From Prasinococcaceae sp. CCMP 1430 (taxonomy: Eukaryota; Plantae; Prasinodermophyta): DNA of 39,804 nt. Of the stretch, positions 9,384 to 17,868 are shown piece after piece; position 1 is the first letter of the stretch, and every line of letters begins with the position of its first letter. Made by a program: the position numbers and the translations under genes. The stretch covers positions 79,420 through 119,223 of the forward strand of contig RQSC01000029.1 in the NCBI GenBank assembly GCA_013416795.1, read 5' to 3'. The notes under the pieces are model-generated. The model did not search any database. It had not been told where the DNA came from and worked only from the letters and a program-made list of their open reading frames with translations.

Positions 9384-10799
9384 ATGGACGGCAAGGAGAA
9401 GGGCGCGGGCCCGCTGCCGCGCGGGCGCCCCAGCACGACGACGGTCAAGGCCTTCGTGGCCATCTTTGCGGGAGTGATCCTGGGCTACCAGCTGGGTTGG
9501 AGCCAGGGGACGCGCTCCAGGGCGGGAGTGTTTTCCGAGGGGTCGCGGTTGCGGCTCACCAGGGGTGCGGGCGGCGCCGGTGCTGTCGATGTGACGAGGA
9601 TACGCGCGACGTGCCGGCCGGAGCGCGGGGGGGGCAAGGTGGTGCTCGTCACCGGCACGGGCGGATTCGTTGGCTTCCACTCGGCGCTCGCGCTCAAGGC
9701 GCGCGGCGACGCGGTCATCGGCCTGGACAACTTCAACGACTACTACTCGGTCAACCTGAAGTACGCGCGCGAGGCCGAGCTGGAAAAGGCCGGCGTATAC
9801 ACGGTGCATGCGGACCTGAACGACGCGGACGCGCTCGCCCACCTCCTTGGGGAGTGCCACTTCACGCACGTGCTGCACCTCGCGGCGCAGGCCGGAGTCC
9901 GCTACGCACTACAGAATCCGCTTAGCTACGCGCGGTCGAACGTGGACGGCTTCGTAACGCTGCTCGAGGCGCTGCGCGTGCAGGAGGGGGGGCCGCCCGC
10001 AATCATCGCCGCCTCGAGCTCGTCGGTATACGGGCTCAACACGAAGGTGCCGTTCTCCGAAACTGACGCCGTGGCGCGCCCTGCCTCGCTCTATGCTGCG
10101 ACCAAGCGCGCCGACGAGCTGCTTGCGCACACATACGTCAACATCCACAACCTGCCAATCACCATGCTGCGATTCTTCACCGTGTATGGCCCGTGGGGGC
10201 GGCCCGACATGGCCTACTTCTTCTTCGCAAATAAGATCGCGAAGGGGGAGCCCATCACGGTGTACAGCCTTCCCGACGGGCGAGAGCCAGGTGCGTGCTT
10301 GCTCACTCGCCCGCGAACGTGTGTGGGGGCCGCCGCGAGTCGCCGCGCAGTGCGCTGACAGCAAGCGTACGCATCACGCACAGGGCGCGATTTCACGTAC
10401 ATCGATGACGTAGTGCAGGGCTGCCTGGGCTCAATCGACTCGAGCCCGGTGCCCGGCGCCACCTTGGGCTGCGAGGACTGTGAGCACAAGCGGGCGGAGC
10501 TGCGCATATACAACCTGGGGAACACGAGGCCCACCGCGGTGGGGACAATGGTCGAGATCCTCGAGAAACACCTGGGCATGGATGCCAACAAGCACGTGGT
10601 GCCCATGCCCGCGAATGGCGACGTGCCCTTCACCCACGCAAACATCAGCGCCGCAAAGAGGGACTTTGCGTACAAGCCCACGACCGACCTAGACACGGGC
10701 CTCGGAAAATTCGTGGAGTGGTACCGCGAGTGGATCATGAGCGGCAGGATCACGCTCGGCGGGCGCCAGGCCTTCGAGGGTGGCAGCGGCAGGCGATAG
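9384..10799 (+). CDS. GAE: UDP-glucuronate 4-epimerase (type II Golgi membrane SDR). Exons 9384-10290 and 10384-10799.
   Basis: N-terminal TM, then GTGGFVG, HLAAQAGVRY, ASSSSVYG, YAATK, LRFFTVYGPWGRPDMAYFFF and G|RDFTYIDD across intron 10291-10383, plus GDVPFTHANI. Confidence 0.92.
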
Positions 10800-11005
10800 G
10801 CGCGCAGGACGCGCGGGTGCAGGGGCGCGTGCGCCCCCACGGCGCGCGTGCGCCCCCACGGCGCGCGTGCTCCGTCGGAACATTGATGTGGGTGGACAAC
10901 TTTACTCTAATTTCTAAGGTTGTGTACACATACTGATGATGTTGCTCATCACGCGGGCGCGGTGCTCCCCCCTCTCTCCCTATCGTGGGGCGTTGCGCGC
11001 CGTGC

Positions 11006-11475
11006 TCATTTCTTCATCTTAATCTGCGCCTTGCCCGACGCCGAGTCCCAGATCGACTGGTAGCCAAGCACCTTGTGGGCGCATGCTCAGAGTCAGCTCT
11101 ATAGCACGCACGCAGCGCCGCCGCGAGCAACTCGCAGAGCCGCAGATGTCGCACCTTATCGAGCGCATCCTTCGGCACGCGGCCCTTGTTCGCCAGCGTC
11201 TTCTCCTCGAGGAAGCGCAAAGCACCGATGCGCGTGATGCTCTTCGCCTTGTCGAAGCCGCTCTCTTCGAGGTACTTCTGGATGCGCGCTCGCTCCGCCA
11301 GCCCGCGGCGCCAGAACTCGGCGATGAACACGCTGGCGCCCGCGACAAAGTATGGTCCCACCGTCGCGAGCGGGTCCTCGGCGCGCGTGGAGGCGCGCGC
11401 CGCGCGGCACCGCCGCGCCGCGCGCCGNTGTTTCCCTCCGTGGAAGACACCATCTCCGAAGTGCGTAAATGCCAT
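11006..11475 (-). CDS. Small single-TM hypothetical protein, possibly organelle-targeted. Exons about 11475-11155 and 11071-11006; 5' end uncertain (N at 11428).
   Basis: An Arg/Ala-rich leader (RRAARRCRAARASTRA) precedes hydrophobic VGPYFVAGASVFIAEFW. Intron 11154-11072 (GTGCG..GCTGAC..AAG) splices in frame to VLGYQSIWDSASGKAQIKMKK-stop. Confidence 0.65.
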
Positions 11476-11743
11476 GATCCTATGTAATCGCTCCGTACAC
11501 ACACACGACCGCCCAAGGTGAGAGGCCCAACCAGGCCGTAAAGGTCTAGCCGGCAGTACCTAGACGCGCAGAACCCGACGGCGCACGCGCGCGCTAGAGA
11601 CTCGGAGCCTCAGGCATTGTTGTCGTGGCGAACCCGGCTCTTGCTTGCACGCGCTGTCGCATCGCGGCCAGGTTGGACGCCACGGCCGGTGTGCGCGCGC
11701 CGCGCTCCTGGTGAGCGCGCGTACGGCGCGAGGCGCGTTCGCC

Positions 11744-13774
11744 ATGGTGCAGGGTGCGGCGTCTCGCCGCGCCAGCCGCGCGGGGACGGTGGCGGTTGCT
11801 GTTGCGATGCTGCTCGCCGTGAGCTCGCCTGGCCGATTGCAGCGGCGCGGCGCGGCCGCGTTCGTCCTGCCGGGAACGTATCCTGTAGAGTGGAGCTTCG
11901 GGGATGCCCTTCACGTGTGCGTGAACAGTCTGCGGAGCGCCGCGACCGAGCTGCCGTACGACTACTACGCGCTCCCCTACTGCGTACCAGAGGGCGGCCC
12001 CCAGCGCATTACCGAGAACCTCGGCGAGCTGCTCCACGGTGACCGCATCGAGTCAAGCCCGTACGTCTTCCACGCGCTGCGCCCAGAGATGGGTAGCTTA
12101 TGCAAGCGTACGCTCTCCAAGGCGGATGCGGCATCGTTTGCCACCTTCATAAGAGAGGGCTACCGAGCGCACATGATTCTCGACAACCTGCCGGTCACCA
12201 CAGCCGATCTTGCTTCGGCAAGAAACGGGACGATCGCAAGTGCGATGGGCGATGGCTCACGCCCTCTGGGCGAAGTGCAGACGGGCTTCCCGGTGGGGGC
12301 GCTCATTCCAGGCGAGGCTTCCAGGTTCGACGTGAAGCTGGTGCCCGTGATTCACAATCACCTCGCGTTCACCGTGCTGGTGCATCCAATCGCAGTGAAC
12401 GACACAGTGCGAGTGGTGGGCTTCGAGGTAGAAGCCTGCAGCGCAAGGGATGCCGCCCGGGGTGTGGCGAAAGGGAGCGTGCGTCGCGACAGTGCTGCGG
12501 GCACCGACAGCGTGTGTGACGGCGCGACGATTCCGGTATACGCGCGGGAGGGCGAGACCTTTGAGTTTAGCTACAGCGTGGCATTTAGGAACAGCTCCAC
12601 CGAATGGGTCACACGCTGGGACGCGTATCTGCAAATGGGCGACGCGAGTGTGCACTGGTTCTCAATCGCAAACTCTGCCACGATCGTCTTATTCATCGGC
12701 GGCATCGTGGGGGTGATACTGGCCAAGACGGTGCGCCGCGACCTCGCCCGGTACGAAACGCTCGTGCAGCGTGCGCGTCCGCACACGGACGGCGCAATCG
12801 AAGACTCCGGGTGGAAGTTGGTCTCCGCCGACGTCTTCCGCCCGCCCGCACGCGCCCGCCGCCTCAGCGTGTTCATTGGCACAGGCGTACAGACGCTGTG
12901 TGTCGCAGTTGCCACCGTGGCCTTCGCCGCGCTGGGCTTCCTGAGCCCTGCATCGCGAGGCTCGCTGCTGTCTGCAATCATTGTGGCGTACGTGCTGCTT
13001 GGATTCGTGGGTGGCTACGTGTGCGTGTCCGCCCACAAATTTATCGTCGGAACAAGCCACGGCTGGCTGCCGCTAGCTCTGCAGACGGCTGTTATGATGC
13101 CGGGGATCACTTTCGCCACGATGATGCTGGTGAACATGGCCATATGGCGCACTGGATCGAGCGGCGCGACTCCCGTGAGCGCGCTGGCAATCATGGCGGT
13201 GCTCTGGACGGCGGCGGCGGTCCCATTGACGGTGGCAGGCGCCTTCGCTTCCTCAAAGGTCGCTCCCGAGGCACGCGAGCACCATCGCTCGAATCAGATC
13301 CCGCGCCAGATCCCGCCCAGTGCGCACGGCGGCCTCCTCATCAGCCTCGCCGCAGGGCTGCTGCCGTTCAGCACCGTCTTCATGGAGGCGTTCTTCATCA
13401 TGCAGTCTGTGTGGCTGAAGCACACGTACTACCTGTTCGGCATCCTCACTATAGTGCTAGCGTTGTCGTTGCTCGTGACCGCCGAGGCCACCCTCTGCCT
13501 CGTATATATGCAGCTCTGCGCAGAAAACTACCGATGGTGGTGGCCTGCGTGGCACATGGGCGGATCCGTGGCGGCGTATGTCGCCGCCTTCTCCGTCATT
13601 TTTTTCTTCAAGGACTTGGAGCGTCTGCAAGCAGGTGGATGGCCGGCGGTGGTCATGTACTTCTCATACATGGGCCTCGCATCAATGTTCGCATACTTCG
13701 CTCTTGGTGCGGCCTCATGGGCGAGCGCGGCGTGGTTCGTCAACGAGCTCTTCCGCTCACTGAAAGCCGAATGA
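11744..13774 (+). CDS. Transmembrane 9 superfamily protein (EMP70/TMN), intronless
   Basis: Signal peptide, LPYDYYALPYC, ENLGELLHGDRIESSPY, WVTRWDAYL, VHWFSIANS, EDSGWKLVSADVFRPP, NQIPRQIP and ENYRWWW. The C-terminal KAE matches the KxD/E Golgi-retention motif. Confidence 0.93.
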   Translation: MVQGAASRRASRAGTVAVAVAMLLAVSSPGRLQRRGAAAFVLPGTYPVEWSFGDALHVCVNSLRSAATELPYDYYALPYCVPEGGPQRITENLGELLHGDRIESSPYVFHALRPEMGSLCKRTLSKADAASFATFIREGYRAHMILDNLPVTTADLASARNGTIASAMGDGSRPLGEVQTGFPVGALIPGEASRFDVKLVPVIHNHLAFTVLVHPIAVNDTVRVVGFEVEACSARDAARGVAKGSVRRDSAAGTDSVCDGATIPVYAREGETFEFSYSVAFRNSSTEWVTRWDAYLQMGDASVHWFSIANSATIVLFIGGIVGVILAKTVRRDLARYETLVQRARPHTDGAIEDSGWKLVSADVFRPPARARRLSVFIGTGVQTLCVAVATVAFAALGFLSPASRGSLLSAIIVAYVLLGFVGGYVCVSAHKFIVGTSHGWLPLALQTAVMMPGITFATMMLVNMAIWRTGSSGATPVSALAIMAVLWTAAAVPLTVAGAFASSKVAPEAREHHRSNQIPRQIPPSAHGGLLISLAAGLLPFSTVFMEAFFIMQSVWLKHTYYLFGILTIVLALSLLVTAEATLCLVYMQLCAENYRWWWPAWHMGGSVAAYVAAFSVIFFFKDLERLQAGGWPAVVMYFSYMGLASMFAYFALGAASWASAAWFVNELFRSLKAE

Positions 13775-14065
13775 CGAGGCCGCACAAAGCAGCAGGTGAA
13801 CAAGCAGAAGCACGACATTCTGAGCGCAACCAGTGGGCAGCTTGCTGACTCTCTCCAGATGCGCCAGGAGAGGCTATCATGCGATGCGTCGTAAGAGCGT
13901 CCAGCGAGAACGAGCACGAGCACGCGTGCGTGTGCTGGCAGGGCAAATGCGTGTGAATGCTCCTACGTGATTACATTGTCATTCTGCCGTGCCTTCGCGC
14001 TGCGTCGCGAAATATCTGTACATGGGGGGCGGCACGCGCCCACAGCGCGCGTGCAATTGCGGCCG

Positions 14066-14698
14066 TCACGCCGCTGCAGCCGGCTCGGAGTGCACGAGTC
14101 TCTGCGCATCCTCGGGCCGCAATATTTGCAGCACACGACAGCTCTCGAAGGCGAACTTGTCGCCGCGTCGGTAGCCCGGCCCAGCGCACTCCACCTGTAA
14201 GAGTATGCGTGGCTTGAGCCTCGCCTTCGAGCTGGAAGGGAAGTCGCAGCGTACTGCTCCCTCCTCAGTGAGATGTGCGAAGAAGCACGCCTCAAATGGC
14301 GGCCAGGAACACGCCCCACGCGAGCTCAGCGCGTTTCGGCCGAGCTGGTAGCCCGTGCGCGCGTCGAAGACCGAGCGAAGCTCGGTCCCGACCACGGCGG
14401 TCACTTTGAAGAAAGTCATTGGCTTCTTGAGCTCGACGCACTCCCACCCGCGCGGGATGCGACTCGAGCATGGCAACTGCCGGTGAGGAGGCTCATAGAG
14501 CATGCGGTGCAGCGTATGCAGCCGGCGCAAGAACTGCGCGCGCTCGGCCGTCGTCTCGAGCTTGTCCAAGGCCTCGCCGACGCGCCGGTCAAGCTCGAGC
14601 CGCCGTGATCCCGTGCGAGCGTCGCGCGGCGTCTGCACCCGCTCGGGCAGCAGATCCAAGTAAGGCCGCACGGGCGGGTCCAAGGAGGCACTCGCCAT
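14066..14698 (-). CDS. Hypothetical protein, 210 aa, globular C-terminal domain
   Basis: Clean ATG-to-stop ORF with complex, aromatic-rich sequence (FFKVTAVVG..SVFD..YQLG..CFFAH..PRILLQVEC..GDKFAF). No family recognised with certainty. Confidence 0.7.
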   Translation of the reverse strand: MASASLDPPVRPYLDLLPERVQTPRDARTGSRRLELDRRVGEALDKLETTAERAQFLRRLHTLHRMLYEPPHRQLPCSSRIPRGWECVELKKPMTFFKVTAVVGTELRSVFDARTGYQLGRNALSSRGACSWPPFEACFFAHLTEEGAVRCDFPSSSKARLKPRILLQVECAGPGYRRGDKFAFESCRVLQILRPEDAQRLVHSEPAAAA

Positions 14699-15088
14699 CG
14701 CCTCCGGTCCCTCCCCGCCCCTCCCTCTCCCTCCCGCCTGTGCACGTCTCTCTGCCTGTTCCCCCCGGTCGCACGCGTCTCCTGCCTCGCCAACCGCGGC
14801 CGGCGCGTGCACCACCCGCCGCCGACCCACCAAGCCCACACCCCTCCGAACCGTCTAAACCGCGTCCCGCAGACCTACACCCCCAGCCCCTCGCGAGCGC
14901 GTCGGCCCGGGCCCTCGTCGCCCCAGCGGGCTGGCCCCGCCAGCGCGCGCGGTGTGGGAGTGCGCCGCCGCTAACAGCCTCCCCAGGCCAGGCCTCGCCA
15001 CGCAACTTCGAAATAACAACGCGCCGCCGTTTCCGTGCATTTTGATGGGAGGCACGTCAAAACGCACCAGCAACGCAACGCACGCGGG

Positions 15089-15104
15089 CCAGGTCAAAAG
15101 GCAC
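15089..15104 (-). promoter_or_regulatory. Variant of the recurrent upstream motif (copy 4, reverse orientation)
   Basis: CCAGGTCAAAAGGCAC is the reverse complement of GTGCCTTTTGACCTGG, in the divergent region between the hypothetical gene and tepsin. Confidence 0.4.
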
Positions 15105-15594
15105 GCGCCCTTTCCCCCGGAAGGAATTTCGAGCATCAACGCACGCGTTTCTGCGCGGGTGTTGAATTCATGTACATATATTACCTGGGAATGCGGGGGA
15201 AGGTTTCAACGAGGGAAGCGTTTTTATTGGCCTTTTTTTCCCCCACTTTACTGGAACTCGGGCGCGTGCCGCCGCGCCACATCTCGCGCGGGGGGGGGGC
15301 GCTACCGGCCTGGGGAGGCCGCTCCGAGGAAGGTGGTGGTGGTGGTGGTGGTCGCAGAGGGCTGGGACTGGAGCATTGCTCGCCTCGCCTCGTCGCGCTG
15401 CGCGCCCCGCCACCTGGGAGCGCGCCTTCGCGCGGCGGGCGGGGCGGGGCGGGCGCGCGCTTTCTCGAGCGGCGGGAGAGGTGGCCGGGGCTGTGCGTGT
15501 GTGGGGAGGGGGGAAGTGAGGGGTAAAGCGGCGGCACTGCCGGGCTGCGCAGTTGCGCACGCCGAATCGATCGTGCCAAGTCACACAGAAGACC

Positions 15595-17565
15595 ATGGCG
15601 GCGATGATGGACCGCTATAAGCGCAACCGCCAGATAGACGAGGCGACGGCCCCGCACGAGAACCCCTCGCCGCAGTGGCTGCTCAACGAGGTCGCCAAGG
15701 CGCTCGAAAGCGGTGACCCGGACGCGTCGGCGGACACGGCGGCCCACCTGGCGCGCAGGCTGGAGCACAAGAGTGTGCTCACGAAGCTCAAAACCCTCAA
15801 GTTCCTCAAGTTCTTGTGTCAGCACGCGCCGCTGCTCTTCCGGCGCGAGGCGCAGAAGGCATGCGCGGCGCCAGCCCGCGCTCTGCAGATGTACCGCGGG
15901 CCGCCAGATCCAACCAAGGGCGAGGCCCTCAACAGGCAGGTCCGCGAGCTCGCGGCGGAGACAGTCAAGTCCATCTACTCTGAGGCGCCGCCGGAGGCGC
16001 TGAACGCAGGCGCGACGCAACAGAGTGGCAACGCCAGGATCCAGGGCTTTGGCAGCTCGAACATGTCCGGGGGGCTTCGCAGCGGCGCTGCCGAAGCTGG
16101 CGGCAGTGGCAGCAAGTACGGGGGTTTTGGAAGCGATGGCAGCAGCGGCGGCGGTGCCAGGCGTGGGAGTGGCGCCGCTGCTGACATTGTTAGCTCCGCC
16201 ACCAACGTGGCGACGAGCGCCATGCGCATGATGGGCTTCAAGGGCGCGGGAGGATCCCAGAGCCAAACTTCGCAGGGGCAGCAGCAAGGCTTCGGCTCGC
16301 AGAGCCAGTACGAGCCGTACGATCCCCACCCTGCGCCACGCGTCCAGGCGGTGCCGCTTCCGACGCCCACAAACCTCGCCGCTGACGCCGGTCGCGACGA
16401 GGAGCGGACGGTGGCGACCGTGTGCGCGCCGGGCGGCGTGCGCGTTGCGCCCAAAAAGGAGGTGCTCGCGTCTGCGGTCCGAGCGGCGCTGACGCAGAGC
16501 GAAGCGGCGCTGACGGTGGCAATCGACGCGCGCCTGGCCGACGCGCAGGGCGAGGGTGGTGGCTGGCAAGCAGCGCTCAAGGCGCTGTACTTTCTCGAGG
16601 CGCTGCTCGGCGCAGGCGAACCCACCGCTGGGCGATATAGGACGCACTACTCGGCAAACCCGCAGGTGCTCGAGGCGCTGGAGTCCAGCTCTCAGGCCCA
16701 GCTGCGTGACAAGGCCAAGAAGGTGCTAGCAATGCTAGGTCTACGCGCGCCGCCAGCCGCACCTACGGCAGCCCGCGCTGCCGCAGCGCCCACCGGGAGT
16801 CTGATAGACTTTGGTGGCGCCGAGGCGGCCCCGGCGCAGCCCAGCGCTGGTGGCCTCGACGATCTGTTCGGGGACATGAGCTTCGGTGGTCCAGCGCCGG
16901 AAGCGGCCGCGTCAGCAGGGGCCTCAGCTACACAGTCTGCAGCCTCCCCTGGCGCCGACTTGTTTGCAGGTTTGGCCGTCGACGGCAGTGCCTCCTCGAC
17001 AGCTCCAGCTCGAACCCCTCCTGCGCCTGCCGCTGTCACGCCCGCCGCTCCCCCAAGCGCCTCCGCACCCCTGGACGCGGACTTCTTTGGCGGCGCCGCC
17101 CCCCCCGCTCCGCAGATACAGCAGCAACAGGTGCCGCAGATGCAGTACCAGCAGATGCCGCAGATGCAGCAGCCACAGGCGCCGCAGATGCAATACCAGC
17201 AGATGCCGCAGATGCAGCAGCCACAGGCGCCGCAGATGCAATACCAGCAGATGCCGCAGATGCAGCGGCCACAGGCGCCGCACATGCAGTACCAGCAGAT
17301 GCCGCAGATGCAGCGGCCACAGGCGCCGCACATGCAGTACCAGCAGATGCCGCAGATGCAATACCAGCAGATGCCGCAGATGCAGTACCAGCAGATGCCG
17401 CAGATGCAGCAGCAGTACGCCCACGTGCCGCACATGCAGTACGCCCAGGGGCAACAGCAGCAGCGCGCCCAGCAGGCCGTGGGCAACGGCAGCAGCCAGC
17501 GCCCCGCGCCGATGAGCAAGCCGTCGCCAAAGAAGACTGATGCTTTCTCCGGCCTGGGCTGGTGA
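15595..17565 (+). CDS. MTV1: Tepsin / MTV1, AP-4 accessory ENTH/VHS-like protein
   Basis: N-terminal ENTH-like domain (RRLEHKSVLTKLKTLK..FRREAQ..YRGPPDPTKGEALNRQVRELAAET), second domain EERTVATVCAPGGVRVAP, and a disordered tail with DLFAGLAV. Confidence 0.88.
   Translation: MAAMMDRYKRNRQIDEATAPHENPSPQWLLNEVAKALESGDPDASADTAAHLARRLEHKSVLTKLKTLKFLKFLCQHAPLLFRREAQKACAAPARALQMYRGPPDPTKGEALNRQVRELAAETVKSIYSEAPPEALNAGATQQSGNARIQGFGSSNMSGGLRSGAAEAGGSGSKYGGFGSDGSSGGGARRGSGAAADIVSSATNVATSAMRMMGFKGAGGSQSQTSQGQQQGFGSQSQYEPYDPHPAPRVQAVPLPTPTNLAADAGRDEERTVATVCAPGGVRVAPKKEVLASAVRAALTQSEAALTVAIDARLADAQGEGGGWQAALKALYFLEALLGAGEPTAGRYRTHYSANPQVLEALESSSQAQLRDKAKKVLAMLGLRAPPAAPTAARAAAAPTGSLIDFGGAEAAPAQPSAGGLDDLFGDMSFGGPAPEAAASAGASATQSAASPGADLFAGLAVDGSASSTAPARTPPAPAAVTPAAPPSASAPLDADFFGGAAPPAPQIQQQQVPQMQYQQMPQMQQPQAPQMQYQQMPQMQQPQAPQMQYQQMPQMQRPQAPHMQYQQMPQMQRPQAPHMQYQQMPQMQYQQMPQMQYQQMPQMQQQYAHVPHMQYAQGQQQQRAQQAVGNGSSQRPAPMSKPSPKKTDAFSGLGW
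17134..17415 (+). repeat. Coding minisatellite: 4 x 48 bp then 3 x 24 bp, encoding PQMQYQQMPQMQ(Q/R)PQA
   Basis: Tandem units CCGCAGATGCA(G/A)TACCAGCAGATGCCGCAGATGCAGC(A/G)GCCACAGGCG are directly visible. Confidence 0.92.
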
Positions 17566-17868
17566 GGCAATGGAACGGCAGGCTTCTCGAGCGCCGCCTC
17601 CCAGCGGAGGGACGCGCCGCTAGGACATGGCGCGGCGCACCCCGCGCCCTAGCGACGGGCGCCGCCGCCGCGCGCATTCTTTTCTGTATTTTGGTGCTCG
17701 AGTCGCCTTAAACATTATGGTACCTGTTCTAAGGGCGGCGCGCGCGCTCGTCTCGGCGCTGCGTGCTCGCATCCTGCTCTCCCCACGCGACGGGACGTGT
17801 GCGCGCTCGCGGGGCATGGACAATCCCATGCGCGATTTGCACGGACGCCTCGTGGTGCATGCGGCCCA

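Noticed and set aside
10825-10870. 2.4 copies of a 19-bp GC-rich tandem repeat in the GAE 3' region
   Set aside because: This is a simple local slippage duplication with no further support for function.
15176-15260. ATATTACCTGG resembling the U1 snRNA 5' end (AUACUUACCUGG)
   Set aside because: There is a mismatch in the donor-pairing region, and no U1-70K loop (GAUCAC), U1A loop (AUUGCAC) or Sm site at the expected spacing.
17134-17415. Regularly spaced repeats as a possible CRISPR-like array
   Set aside because: They are contiguous tandem units with no unique spacers, lie in frame in a eukaryotic CDS, and have no cas genes nearby.
16692-17677. Antisense ORFs with Cys- or Leu-His repeats, and many other long Arg/Ala/Pro-rich ORFs across the window
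   Set aside because: They are shadow frames of real genes; stop codons are rare at this GC content.
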